Origin: Deinococcus sp.
GTDB taxonomy: Bacteria; Deinococcota; Deinococci; Deinococcales; Deinococcaceae
Length of the DNA: 45,395 nucleotides
Reading direction: 5' to 3'
Assembly (NCBI RefSeq): GCF_031359855.1
Contig: NZ_JANMAR010000165.1
Span: 1 to 45,395 of the forward strand
Shown piece after piece: positions 35,778-45,395 of this stretch. The position numbers and the translations under genes are program-made. Below the pieces are notes generated by a model. The model did not search any database. It was not told where the DNA came from and saw nothing but the letters and a program-made list of their open reading frames with translations. How positions within the stretch are numbered: the first letter of the stretch is position 1; each line of letters starts with the position of its first letter.

Positions 35778-36461
35778 GTGCGCGCTTCTCCCCTGCTCCT
35801 TGCCGCTGTGCTGGCCACCACTGTCCTGGCTGCCCCAGCCCTCGCCACGCCGGCCGGGACGCTGCTGGCCGCCGGGCAGTACGCGCTGGCCTACGCCACG
35901 GCGCACGCGGCCGGCAGCGATCTGGAGGCGAGCAACGCCGCGCTGGCCGAGGCGCTGTACCACGCGGCCGATCCGCGCGTATGGCTGGAACGGGCGGTCG
36001 AGGCCGGTCAGGCCGCCACGCGCGCCGCGCCGGACGACGCATTGACGCACCTGACGCTGGGCACCGCGCTGTGCTCGCAGGCCGCGCGGGGTGGGTTCAC
36101 GCTGGGCGCGTACCGGCTGTCGCGGGCGTGCCGGGCCGAATACGAGCGCAGCCTGAGCCTGAACCCGGGGCTGGCCGAGTCACGCGCCGCACTAGCCCGC
36201 TGGCACTCGGGCGCGTGGGTGCGGGCCGGACTGATCGGCGGCGGCAGCGCCGACATGGCCCGGCACCTGGCCGTGCAGGCGCAGGCACAGGCTCCGGGCA
36301 GTGTGCGCGTGCTGGTGCAGGTCGGCCTGGTCGCCGCCGACCTGCACGATCCCGGCTGGGCGCGGGCCGACCTGAGCCGCGCGCTGGCCCTGGTGCCCGC
36401 CGACGCGCAGGAACGTGACCTGCAGGCCGTGGCACGCTTGACGCTGGCCCACCTGAAGTGA
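35778..36461 (+). CDS. Secreted TPR-like helical repeat protein
   Basis: Signal peptide, Ala-rich helices with TPR-type turns (APDD, LNPG, APGS). CACACT-6nt-GTG. Confidence 0.7.
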   Translation: MRASPLLLAAVLATTVLAAPALATPAGTLLAAGQYALAYATAHAAGSDLEASNAALAEALYHAADPRVWLERAVEAGQAATRAAPDDALTHLTLGTALCSQAARGGFTLGAYRLSRACRAEYERSLSLNPGLAESRAALARWHSGAWVRAGLIGGGSADMARHLAVQAQAQAPGSVRVLVQVGLVAADLHDPGWARADLSRALALVPADAQERDLQAVARLTLAHLK

Positions 36462-36552
36462 GCCCGGACTGGGTGACACGGACGCGCCGGGCACGGCCCG
36501 ATTGCTACTCCGGTTCCGCCACATGGCGCGCGGCGCGGCTATCCTGACGGGC

Positions 36553-39018
36553 ATGACCGCTCCCGGCCCCACGCCGCTTCCCCCATCGACTGGCGACACG
36601 CCCGTCGCGCCGAACTTCATTACCGAGATCATCGAACGTGACCTGCATGCCGGGAAGGTCGCGCAGGTCGTGACGCGTTTCCCGCCGGAACCGAGCGGGT
36701 ACGCGCACCTGGGGCATGTGTTCGCGTCGTTCCTGGACTTCCAGACGGCCGCGCAGTACGGCGGACGCTACCACCTGCGCATGGACGACACCAACCCGGA
36801 TCTCGCCACGCAGGAGTACGTGGACGCCATTGCCGACGACCTGAAGTGGCTGGGGTGGGACTGGGGGGAGCACTTCTACTACGCCAGCGACTACTTCGAG
36901 CGGTACTACGCGTACGCCGAGCAGCTCGTGCAGCAGGGCGACGCGTACGTGGACTCCGTGAGCGCGGACGAGATGGCGCGGCTGCGAGGCAATCCGCGCA
37001 CGCCTGGCACGCCCAGCGAGTACCGCGCGCGCACGTCAGAGGAAAACCTGAACCTGCTGCGCCGCATGAAGGCCGGGGAGTTCCCGGACGGCTCGCACGT
37101 GCTGCGCGCGAAGATCGACCTGGGCAGCGCGAACATGAAGCTGCGCGACCCGGTGTTGTACCGCATCCTGCGCGGCACGCACTACCGTCAGGGCGACGCG
37201 TGGTGCATCTACCCCATGTACGACTTCCAGCACCCCCTCCAGGACGCCATCGAGGGCGTCACGCACTCGATGTGCAGCCTGGAGTTCGTGGACAACCGCG
37301 CCATCTACGACTGGCTGATGGAACGCCTGAATTTCACGCCGCGTCCCCACCAGTACGAGTTCGGGCGGCGCGGCCTGGAGTACACGATCACCAGCAGGCG
37401 CAAGCTGCGCCGCCTGATCGAGGGCGGCTTCGTGAACGGCTGGGACGACCCGCGCATGCCGACCCTGCGCGCCCAGCGCCGCCTGGGGGTCACGCCGGAT
37501 GCCGTGCGGGCCTTCGCCGCGCAGATCGGCGTGAGCCGCACCAACCGCACCGTGGACCTCGCCGTGTACGAGAACGCCGTGCGTGAAGACCTGAACCACA
37601 AAGCGCCCCGCGTGATGGCCGTGCTCGATCCGGTGCGCGTGACGGTCATGGGCCTGGCCGCGCAGACCCTCAGCCTGCCCTACTGGCCGTTCGACGTCGT
37701 GGCCGGGTCGCCGGACGGACTGGTGGGCGTGCCCGGCGGGGAGCGCGTGCCCCCGGAACAGGCAGTGCGGGACGTGCCGATCGGGCCGGAACTGTTCATC
37801 GAGCGCGAGGACTTCAACGCCGCGCCCCCGAAGGGTTACAAGCGCCTGACGCCGGGCGGCACGGTCAGGTTGCGCGGGGCGGGCATCATCCGCGCGGACT
37901 CGTTCGACACGGACACTGCCGGGAATGTCACGCATGTGCACGCCACGCTGCTCGGCGAGGGCGCGAAGGCGGGCGGCGTGATCCACTGGGTCGACGCCGC
38001 GCGGGGCGTCCCGGCCGAATTCCGCCTCTACGACCGCCTGTTCCGCGTCCCCAACCCCGAGGGCGAGCACGAGGACGCCCTGGACTCCGTGGTGGACGCG
38101 CCCACGCCGGATCCGCACTTCGATCCGCACGAGGCGGCCCTGGAAGACGACGCTGCACCGGTCGAAGCGGGCTTCCTGCGCTACCTGAACCCGGACAGCC
38201 TGAAGATCACACGCGGCGTGGTGGAACCCAGCGTGAAGGCCAACCCGGCGGACACCCGCTACCAGTTCGAGCGGCAGGGGTACTTCTGGCGTGACCCGGT
38301 GGACAGCCGCGAGGACGCGCTGGTGTTCGGGCGGATCGTGACCCTGAAGGACACCTGGGGACGCGCGGAGGCGCGGGCCGAGAGCACAGGGCACAGGGCG
38401 GAAGGCCACAAAGGGCGGCCGGAGGGGGCGGCAGCGTCCGAAACGAAACCCGCCGAGGGTCGGGCCGCCACCCTCAGCCCGGAGCAGGAGGCCGAGGTCG
38501 CCCGGCTGACGGCCCTGGGGGCGGCCGAAGCGGACGCGCGCACGGTCGCGCGTGACCCGGCGCTGCTGGCGTTCCTGGCGGGAGCTGAGCGGGACGACAC
38601 CTTCGCGCAGGTCGTGTCGTGGGCCGTGAACGACCTCGCGCCGGGCCTGCGAACCGGTGAGGTGAAGGTCGCGGCGGCGGCGCTGGCCCCGCTGGCCGCT
38701 CGCCTGGCCGCCGGGAGCGTGACCATGCGCGTGGCCCGCACGGCGCTCGCGCAGGCCGCTGCCAGCGGAGACGATCCCCTGGCCGTGATCAAACGCGAGG
38801 GTCTGGACGCCGGGTTGAGCGGGGACGCGCTTGGGAGGGCTGTCGCGGACGTCCTGGCGGCCAATCCCGACAAGGTCGAGGCGTACCGCGCCGGGCGCAC
38901 CGCCCTGAAAGGTTTCTTCACCGGGCAGGTCATGCGCGCCACCGGCGGCAAGGCCGAGCCACTGGCGGTGGCGGCAGCGCTGGACGGGGCGCTAGACGGG
39001 CACGCGGACACCCCGTAA
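36553..39018 (+). CDS. glnS: Glutamine--tRNA ligase with C-terminal YqeY domain
   Basis: [43 protein letters not shown]; YqeY end [23 protein letters not shown]-7nt-ATG. Confidence 0.97.
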   Translation: MTAPGPTPLPPSTGDTPVAPNFITEIIERDLHAGKVAQVVTRFPPEPSGYAHLGHVFASFLDFQTAAQYGGRYHLRMDDTNPDLATQEYVDAIADDLKWLGWDWGEHFYYASDYFERYYAYAEQLVQQGDAYVDSVSADEMARLRGNPRTPGTPSEYRARTSEENLNLLRRMKAGEFPDGSHVLRAKIDLGSANMKLRDPVLYRILRGTHYRQGDAWCIYPMYDFQHPLQDAIEGVTHSMCSLEFVDNRAIYDWLMERLNFTPRPHQYEFGRRGLEYTITSRRKLRRLIEGGFVNGWDDPRMPTLRAQRRLGVTPDAVRAFAAQIGVSRTNRTVDLAVYENAVREDLNHKAPRVMAVLDPVRVTVMGLAAQTLSLPYWPFDVVAGSPDGLVGVPGGERVPPEQAVRDVPIGPELFIEREDFNAAPPKGYKRLTPGGTVRLRGAGIIRADSFDTDTAGNVTHVHATLLGEGAKAGGVIHWVDAARGVPAEFRLYDRLFRVPNPEGEHEDALDSVVDAPTPDPHFDPHEAALEDDAAPVEAGFLRYLNPDSLKITRGVVEPSVKANPADTRYQFERQGYFWRDPVDSREDALVFGRIVTLKDTWGRAEARAESTGHRAEGHKGRPEGAAASETKPAEGRAATLSPEQEAEVARLTALGAAEADARTVARDPALLAFLAGAERDDTFAQVVSWAVNDLAPGLRTGEVKVAAAALAPLAARLAAGSVTMRVARTALAQAAASGDDPLAVIKREGLDAGLSGDALGRAVADVLAANPDKVEAYRAGRTALKGFFTGQVMRATGGKAEPLAVAAALDGALDGHADTP

Positions 39019-39082
39019 CCCCCCCCACTGATCCGGGCGCGTTCCAGCGTGATTCCGGCGGCCCGCCGCTTACAGTAATCAC

Positions 39083-40870
39083 ATGAGACTGCCCACCGTA
39101 ATGCTTGCCCTGACCCTGACCCTCGGCGGGGCCGCCGGCGCCATGACGCTGCAACCGGCCGGGGTGTACACCGTGCCGGGCGCCGACGTGAATTTCGCGT
39201 CGGCCCTGTCCGGTGGGCGCTGGGCGGTGTCGGCCGACAACGCCGTGATGATCCTCGGCCCGGATCTGAAGGTCATGCGGGCGTGGCACACGCTGCCGGG
39301 AGCGGTGCAGGCGCTGGCCGTCGATCCGCTGGGCACGCGGGTGGCCGCCATGAACCGCACCGACTGGGCCGTGTGGGACGTGCAGAGCGGTGTCCAGCTC
39401 GGCAGCGGAAAGGTCTACGGCGACACGCTGGGCTTCGACGCGGACGGCAAGCTGCTGGTCATGTATCAGGGCGCCATGCTGCGCAACACGCTGGCCGGCG
39501 GCCCGGAGCGCTTCCAGGCGCTGGATGTGGGCACGTCCTGGGACTCGTTCGCCGTGTCGCCGGACGGCACGCGGGCCGTGCTGATGGACACGGCGGAGGT
39601 GCAGCTGGTCGATCTGGCGAGCGCCAAGGTGCTGGCCAGCGCAGATCTGTCCGACGATCCCGATGGGCTGGCCGCGACGTTCAGCCCAGATGGCGAGGCC
39701 GTCGTCGTCCGGACGGGTACCGGGGCGCTGATCCTGCGCTCCGGCAAGGACGCGCTGGACGTCGAGGACGGCGCGGACATGTCGCTGGACGCGTCCGGCG
39801 TGTACTTCAGCGGGGACAGCACCTTCGTGGCCGTGGGCAGCCGGAGGGCCCAGGCCTACGATCTGGCCACCGGGAACGCCGTGGGCGAGCGTTTCAGTCT
39901 GCCCTCCAGCGGCGGTGTGGTGCGCGGCAAGGATGGCCGGTTCTTGGCCGTCGGGCGTGGCGTGGCCCCCTTCGATCCGGCCACGCATACCGAGCAGCGC
40001 CGGACGGCCCTGGTGTCCTCGAACGCGTGGCTGGGGGCGTTCCTGCCGGACGGGAAGTTCTACGCCGGCGTGGACGATCTGCGCGGACTGCGCGGCGGCG
40101 CGCCGCTGAACGTGGGGCCGCTGGACGACCTGTATGGCCTCGAAGCGCAGGGCGGCCGCATCTGGACGCTGAACGGCACCACGGTTCGCGTCACGCAGGC
40201 CGGGAAGGTGCGCGCCCTGGCCACCCTGGACGAGGACGCCGAGTACGACACCATCACGCTCACGCCCGACGGCTCGCAGGCCGTGGTGAGCGGGTACTAC
40301 GGTCTGGCGCTGGTGAACGCCGTGACCGGCAGGGTCAGCGCGCAGGTCACGTCCGACGAGCTGGACATGGAGGACATCCACGCCGCGCTGCCCACCCCGG
40401 ACGGCCGGGGCATCCTGATCGTTCCGCACGAGGGCGGAGTCGTGCGGTACGACGTGGCGACCGGCACCGTGAAGACCGCGTTCCGCCTGCCGGACGGCGC
40501 GGGAGCGCGCTTCATGCAGGCCACGGCCAGCGGCACCCTGGCCGTGACGTACACCGGCGCGGACGACGACTACCACGTGGCGCTGATCCGTCCGGGCGCG
40601 GACACGCCGTACCGTTCGCTGGCCGTGGACGCCACCGTGCAGGGCCTGCGCTTCAGTCCGGACGGCAAGCTGCTGGCCGTGTTGACCGGCAGCGCCGACG
40701 GCCCGCTGCGCGTCTACGACACCGCGAGCGGTGCACTGCTGGCCAGCGCCGGCCCGTTCAACAACGTCAGCAGCCTGCTCACGTGGGCGAGCAGCGGCAA
40801 GCAGGTGCTGGTCGGCTCGGGATTGCTGGGCAAACCGGGCAGCGTCACCGTCTTCAACGTCGTGCGCTGA
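39083..40870 (+). CDS. Secreted WD40-like beta-propeller protein
   Basis: Signal peptide, repeated (F/V)SPDG, TPDG and VWD/YD blades. TACAGT-6nt-ATG. Confidence 0.85.
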   Translation: MRLPTVMLALTLTLGGAAGAMTLQPAGVYTVPGADVNFASALSGGRWAVSADNAVMILGPDLKVMRAWHTLPGAVQALAVDPLGTRVAAMNRTDWAVWDVQSGVQLGSGKVYGDTLGFDADGKLLVMYQGAMLRNTLAGGPERFQALDVGTSWDSFAVSPDGTRAVLMDTAEVQLVDLASAKVLASADLSDDPDGLAATFSPDGEAVVVRTGTGALILRSGKDALDVEDGADMSLDASGVYFSGDSTFVAVGSRRAQAYDLATGNAVGERFSLPSSGGVVRGKDGRFLAVGRGVAPFDPATHTEQRRTALVSSNAWLGAFLPDGKFYAGVDDLRGLRGGAPLNVGPLDDLYGLEAQGGRIWTLNGTTVRVTQAGKVRALATLDEDAEYDTITLTPDGSQAVVSGYYGLALVNAVTGRVSAQVTSDELDMEDIHAALPTPDGRGILIVPHEGGVVRYDVATGTVKTAFRLPDGAGARFMQATASGTLAVTYTGADDDYHVALIRPGADTPYRSLAVDATVQGLRFSPDGKLLAVLTGSADGPLRVYDTASGALLASAGPFNNVSSLLTWASSGKQVLVGSGLLGKPGSVTVFNVVR

Positions 40871-40955
40871 CACGTCTCCCGTGAACGGCACCCATCCCGA
40901 GCGCCCGCCCTGTCACGGGCGTCCGGGTGAAGGCGGCACTGTCTACAAGCGTCGG

Positions 40956-42800
40956 CTACAAGCGTCGGCCCAGGTAGTCGGAGAGCAGCCGGTAGCTGCG
41001 CGTGCGCCCGGCGATGTCGCCCGCACCGTGGCCCTCGTCGGTGAACTCGACGTACTCGAAGTCGGTGTCCTCGCGCCGGCCATGCGCGATCAGGGCGTCC
41101 CGGAAGCTGCGCGCCTGATGCACGGGGCAGCGCGGATCGTTCGCACCGTGCATCATGAACATGTGCGCCTTCAGGGCCTGCGCGTGCGTGACGGCGCTGC
41201 GGTCACGCCACAGGTCGGCGTCCTGCACGGGATCGCCCATCATGGTGCGGAAGTAGTACGCGAGCTGCGGCATGTCACGGCTGTTGTCGGCGTGCAACTG
41301 GTGCAGGTCGCTGATGCCCACGATGGGCACGCTGACGCGGAACAGCTCCGGGTACTTCACGGGCGCGAGGTACGCGAGGTACCCGCCGTAGCTGACGCCG
41401 AAGAGGCCGATGCGGGCGGGATCAATGTGCGCCAGGGTCGTCAGGTACCCGGCTCCGGCGGCAATATCGGCCAGATCCCGGCCACCCCAGTCCCTGAGGT
41501 TCGCATCGCGCCACGGCACGCCGTAGCCGCTGCTGCCTCGCACGTTCGGGCACAGGACGGTGTAGCCCAGGCTCACGAGAAACTGGACTTCTTCGTCGAA
41601 GGCCCGCAGAAACTGCGAGGTGGGCCCGCCGTGAGCGCAGACCAGGGCCGGGTGCGTCCCGCCGGGCGGCAGGTCAAGCGGCGTATACAGGATCGCCGGC
41701 ACCTGTACGCCGTCCGCACTGGGGTAATGGACGTACTCGCCGGGCACGAACGCGGCCGGGTCGAGACGGCCGTACCGTGCGGGGACGATCACCTCGGCAC
41801 TTTCGCTCGCCAGGTCGTACAGCAGGGTGTCCATGCGGGTGGTGGTGGTCGTGTGGATGCACAGCAGGTGGGTGCCGCCCAGCGCGAACTGCGTGCCGGT
41901 GGCCAGACCGGGCGGCAACGCCAGTGCGCGGGCGGTGCCGTCCTCCAGGCTGTACAGGCGGGGGGCCAGGGTGCTGTCGGCATTGCGGATCACGGCCAGC
42001 CACCGTCCATCCGGGCTGACATGGCCGGGAAATTCCCCGGTGATGCCGTCGGCGGGCGTGAACCACTGCACGCCACCGTCCAGATCTTCGCTGTCCAGGT
42101 CGAGCAGTCCGGCGCGGGCGTGGCCGTCGGCTTCGCTGCCCACGGCGAGGTGATGACCATTCGGATGCCAGTACCCGACCTGATCCTGACTGCCGTCCCT
42201 GACGTGCAGCACGCGGCGCAGCTCCGAGCCGTCGGCGTTCATGACATACCCGTCGAGATTGCGGAGGTTGTCACTCCGGTTGGTGTTCACGCTGATGCGC
42301 TGCCCACCTGGGCTGTACGCCACGGCCTGTGTGGTGTTCGGCTCGGTGGTCAGGGCCGTCCACGCGGCCTCGCCCTCCAGCGTCAGGTCGACCTGCCACA
42401 CGTTCATCTGCCCGCCGCGCGTGGAGTTCACCAGCAGCCGCGTGCCGTCCGGGTGGGCGGCCACGGGGAAGTCCATGCTGCCGGGCGCGTGGTGCAGGGG
42501 CTGGATGTCGCCGCTGTGCAGGTCGAGGCGGTACAGCGCGGTGCGCTCGTCACCGCCCTCGTCCTTCGCGAAATACACGCTGTGGCCATCGGCACTCCAC
42601 ACGAGGCCGGTGCGGGGACTGCGGGCCACCTGACCGTCGGTGTGCGCCCGCTCCTCGCGGGAACGCAGGTTCAGGGTGTACAGCTCGTAGCGACCCGTAA
42701 AATCTGCGTAGTACGCGAGCTGCTCTCCGTCCGGCGACACGCTCAGCGCGATCACGTTCGGCAGGGCGGCGAGTTCCTCCAGCGGCAGCGGCGTGGGCAT
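40956..42800 (-). CDS. S9 family peptidase (prolyl oligopeptidase / acylaminoacyl peptidase)
   Basis: Propeller N-terminus, HGGP, NVRGSSGYG, GVSYGG, HGANDPRC, DEGHG. CACACT-6nt-ATG. Confidence 0.95.
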   Translation of the reverse strand: MPTPLPLEELAALPNVIALSVSPDGEQLAYYADFTGRYELYTLNLRSREERAHTDGQVARSPRTGLVWSADGHSVYFAKDEGGDERTALYRLDLHSGDIQPLHHAPGSMDFPVAAHPDGTRLLVNSTRGGQMNVWQVDLTLEGEAAWTALTTEPNTTQAVAYSPGGQRISVNTNRSDNLRNLDGYVMNADGSELRRVLHVRDGSQDQVGYWHPNGHHLAVGSEADGHARAGLLDLDSEDLDGGVQWFTPADGITGEFPGHVSPDGRWLAVIRNADSTLAPRLYSLEDGTARALALPPGLATGTQFALGGTHLLCIHTTTTTRMDTLLYDLASESAEVIVPARYGRLDPAAFVPGEYVHYPSADGVQVPAILYTPLDLPPGGTHPALVCAHGGPTSQFLRAFDEEVQFLVSLGYTVLCPNVRGSSGYGVPWRDANLRDWGGRDLADIAAGAGYLTTLAHIDPARIGLFGVSYGGYLAYLAPVKYPELFRVSVPIVGISDLHQLHADNSRDMPQLAYYFRTMMGDPVQDADLWRDRSAVTHAQALKAHMFMMHGANDPRCPVHQARSFRDALIAHGRREDTDFEYVEFTDEGHGAGDIAGRTRSYRLLSDYLGRRL

Positions 42801-42839
42801 GTGATCAGTGTGGCACGCTCCTGCCCACCCGCTGGGCGC

Positions 42840-42975
42840 ACCTGATCCGATTGAATCGGTGCGGTGCACCGATGAAATCCGACCAAAGGGAGAGGGAACA
42901 CCCTGCTGACTCTGCGGTATGGAGCCGCAAATGGTACTGTCCAGGTTGTGGCGGACTGTAGCGAAGGCAGTATGA
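42840..42975. repeat. Degenerate Deinococcus-type small non-coding repeat
   Basis: CCGATTGAATCG...CGATGAAATCCGACCAAAGGGAG...GCAGTATGA resembles repeats recalled from Deinococcus genomes. Single copy here, boundaries approximate. Confidence 0.45.
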
Positions 42976-43000
42976 AGACCGGCACGGTACGCTGGCCTGT

Positions 43001-44515
43001 ATGACCACCCCGCACGCGGATTCCACCTGGAACGCCCTGATCCAGCGCTGGCAGGAACTCTCGGATCTCGGGGACGTCGGGTCGGTGCTCGGCTGGGATC
43101 AGAGTACCTTTCTGCCCCCGGCGGCGGCCGCGGGCCGGGCGCGGCAGATGGCGCTTTTGGCCGGCATCCGGCACGCGCGGGCGACCGACGCGGCGTACGG
43201 CACGCTGCTCGACGCGGCGCAGGCCCGCAGTGACTGGTCGCCGGTGCAGGCGCGGACTCTGGCGGTCGCGCGGCGGGAGTTCGAGGAGGCGACGCGCTTT
43301 CCGGCGGCGTTTGTGCAGGCGTTCTCTCAGCACACCGGCAAGTCGTATTCGGCGTGGGTGGAGGCCCGGCCCGCGAACGATTTCGCGCGGATGGTGCCAT
43401 ACCTGGAAAGAACGCTGGAGCTGAGCCTCCAGGCGGCGTCGTACTTCCCGGAATTCGCGTCGCCGATGGATTACTTCATCGACCAGTCGGACGAGGGCAT
43501 GACTGCCGACGTGGTGGATCAGGTGTTCGCAGAGTTGCGCGCCGCGCTGGTGCCCATAGTGGACGCCGTGGCGCAGGCCCCGGCGCCGCGCACGGACTTC
43601 CTGTTCCGCACGTACCCGGTCGCCACACAGCTGGAGCTGGGGCAGGAGATCGCGCGGGCGTACGGCTACGACAGCTCGCGCGGCCGGCAGGATCTGACTG
43701 CCCATCCGTTCATGACGCGCCTGGGCGACCGGGACGTACGCATCACGACCCGCGTGAAGGAGAACGACCTGACCGAGACGCTGTACTCCACGCTGCACGA
43801 GACGGGGCACGCGCTGTACGAACAGGGTGTGGGAGCCGAACTGCTGGGCACGCCACTGGGCGGCGGCGTGAGCTCCGGCGTACACGAGAGCCAGTCGCGG
43901 CTGTGGGAGAACCTGGTGGGCCGCTCGCGGGCATTCTGGGCGGCGTACTTCCCCAGGTTCCGCGACGCCTTCCCGGAGCAGCTTGCGGACGTGACGGAGG
44001 ACGAGATGTACCGCGCAATGAACGCAGCGCAGCGCAGCGTGATTCGCACGGACGCCGACGAGCTGACCTACAACCTGCATGTGATCACCCGCTACGAGCT
44101 GGAACGCGATCTGCTGGCCGGGCGACTGGCGGCGGGCGACCTCGCGGACGCGTGGCACGCGGCGTACGAGACGAACGTGGGTCTGCGCGCCCCGAGCGAT
44201 GTGGACGGCGCATTGCAGGACGTGCACTGGTATGGCGGCGGGATCGGCGGGGCCTTCCAGGCGTACACGCTGGGCAACGTGATGAGCGCACAGTTCTACG
44301 CGGCGGCGCAGCGGGCCCTGGCCACCCTGGAGGCCGACACCGCGCGGGGCGAGTTCGCGGCCCTGCACGGCTGGCTGCGCGAACAGGTGTACGCGCCCGG
44401 CGGAACCTTCAAGCCGGCAGAACTGGTGGAGCGCGTGACAGGTGAGGCCATGACCGTGGGGCCATACGTGGCCTACCTGCGCAGCAAGTACGGCGCGCTG
44501 TACGGCCTGAACTGA
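43001..44515 (+). CDS. Carboxypeptidase Taq, M32 family
   Basis: LGWDQ, HPF, DVRITTR, HETGHALYEQG, HESQSR, IRTDADELTY, LQDVHW. Confidence 0.96.
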   Translation: MTTPHADSTWNALIQRWQELSDLGDVGSVLGWDQSTFLPPAAAAGRARQMALLAGIRHARATDAAYGTLLDAAQARSDWSPVQARTLAVARREFEEATRFPAAFVQAFSQHTGKSYSAWVEARPANDFARMVPYLERTLELSLQAASYFPEFASPMDYFIDQSDEGMTADVVDQVFAELRAALVPIVDAVAQAPAPRTDFLFRTYPVATQLELGQEIARAYGYDSSRGRQDLTAHPFMTRLGDRDVRITTRVKENDLTETLYSTLHETGHALYEQGVGAELLGTPLGGGVSSGVHESQSRLWENLVGRSRAFWAAYFPRFRDAFPEQLADVTEDEMYRAMNAAQRSVIRTDADELTYNLHVITRYELERDLLAGRLAAGDLADAWHAAYETNVGLRAPSDVDGALQDVHWYGGGIGGAFQAYTLGNVMSAQFYAAAQRALATLEADTARGEFAALHGWLREQVYAPGGTFKPAELVERVTGEAMTVGPYVAYLRSKYGALYGLN

Positions 44516-44531
44516 GGGCAGAACGGAACCG

Positions 44532-44588
44532 GGCATGACTGCATCGGGCCTGACTGGGCAGACATAACTGAGCAGGCATGACTGGGCC
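44532..44588 (+). repeat. Four degenerate 14-15-bp tandem repeats
   Basis: GGCATGACTGCATCG / GGCCTGACTGGGCA / GACATAACTGAGCA / GGCATGACTGGGCC. Confidence 0.6.
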
Positions 44589-44803
44589 GCGCCTGCGGGG
44601 GAACACCGGGGCGCGGCCACTGGTCTGGAGGAGGCGATGGACGCGCCGAACGCGCCCACTGCCATGCTGGGCTGCAGGATGCCGCGCCCGCTGTGACAGG
44701 ATTCTTAACGCGCCGGGCGGGCAGCCGCAGCGTGACCCAGGGCCACATCCAAGCGGGCCAGCGCGGCGTAGCATGGCGGCACAGAGCAGGGCCGGGAGGC
44801 GGG

Positions 44804-45241
44804 ATGAGCACACTCGAGAACCTCTACAAGCAGGTCATCCTGGATCACTCGCGCAGGCCGCGTCATTTCGGTGAGTTGCCCGGCGCGACGCACACCGAGA
44901 CGGGCCACAACCCCAGCTGTGGAGACCGGGTTCAGCTCATGCTGCGGCTGGACGGAGACGTGATCGCGGACGCCCGTTTTACGGGGAAGGGCTGCGCGAT
45001 CTCGGTGGCCAGCGCGAGCCTGATGACATCGGCCCTGATGGGCAGGACGCTGGCGCAGGCGGCAGGGATCGAAGAGGCGTTCACGCGCATGATCCGCACG
45101 GGGGAGCCGGACGCGTCCCTGGGTGACCTGGCCGCGCTCCGGGGCGTGCACACCCTGCACACCCGCGTGAAATGCGCGACGCTGCCGTGGCAGACGCTGG
45201 ACGTGCTGCTGGCACAGGCGGCCGGGCCCCATTCGCCCTGA
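44804..45241 (+). CDS. sufU: SUF system Fe-S assembly protein, SufU/NifU-N family
   Basis: LYKQVILDHSRRPRHFG, NPSCGD, GCAISVASAS, RVKCATLPW. GGAGG RBS. Confidence 0.93.
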   Translation: MSTLENLYKQVILDHSRRPRHFGELPGATHTETGHNPSCGDRVQLMLRLDGDVIADARFTGKGCAISVASASLMTSALMGRTLAQAAGIEEAFTRMIRTGEPDASLGDLAALRGVHTLHTRVKCATLPWQTLDVLLAQAAGPHSP

Positions 45242-45395
45242 CGGCCTGCCGGTCAGCCGCTCAGCAGACCTGCATCGACACCCCTGACCGGGTTTTGCTT
45301 TGTGCGGCTGTGGAGACGTCGCCGGCCTCACACGGTGCGGGACGGCGTCGCACGGATGTTTGCAGGTGAGGTGAGCACCATCCCTCCCCGGCGAG

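Noticed and set aside
36553-39018. GlnRS-YqeY fusion and HLGH motif as novelty
   Set aside because: Already described for Deinococcus GlnRS.
44532-44588. CRISPR array
   Set aside because: Units are short, degenerate and adjacent with no spacers; no cas genes in the window.
45370-45395. Possible start of a next gene (GTG AGC ACC ATC)
   Set aside because: Too little sequence to support a call.

Overview
GC-rich bacterial chromosomal DNA, almost certainly Deinococcus (GlnRS-YqeY fusion, ddrD with an RDRM/DdrO box, pervasive leaderless genes, Deinococcus-type small non-coding repeats). Content is mostly housekeeping and metabolic: partial ddl, a peptide ABC transporter, ygfZ, a hemA/cysG-like/cobA-hemD tetrapyrrole cluster, tandem Nudix hydrolases, several peptidases (S58, M29, S1C, S9, M32), a secreted pullulanase with three CBM41 repeats, a MacB/LolCDE-type ABC pair, an orphan GT4, proB, rpmF, beta-carbonic anhydrase, SRP RNA (ffs), tRNA-Leu(GAG), rpsO, glnS and sufU. 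No CRISPR array, intact transposase or intact prophage was seen. Most notable: (i) a compact divergent cassette of a cI/LexA-like XRE-S24 repressor and a lone holin-like gene whose promoter spacer is filled by a 16-bp palindrome, bracketed by repeat elements; (ii) an apparently chimeric ddl at the window edge, possibly an assembly artefact; (iii) a 143-bp repeat family with an internally deleted copy that supplies a stop codon; (iv) a frameshifted HD-domain gene running in frame into proB; (v) a GT4 with a broken EX7E motif. All family calls come from motif recognition by eye, not from database searches.
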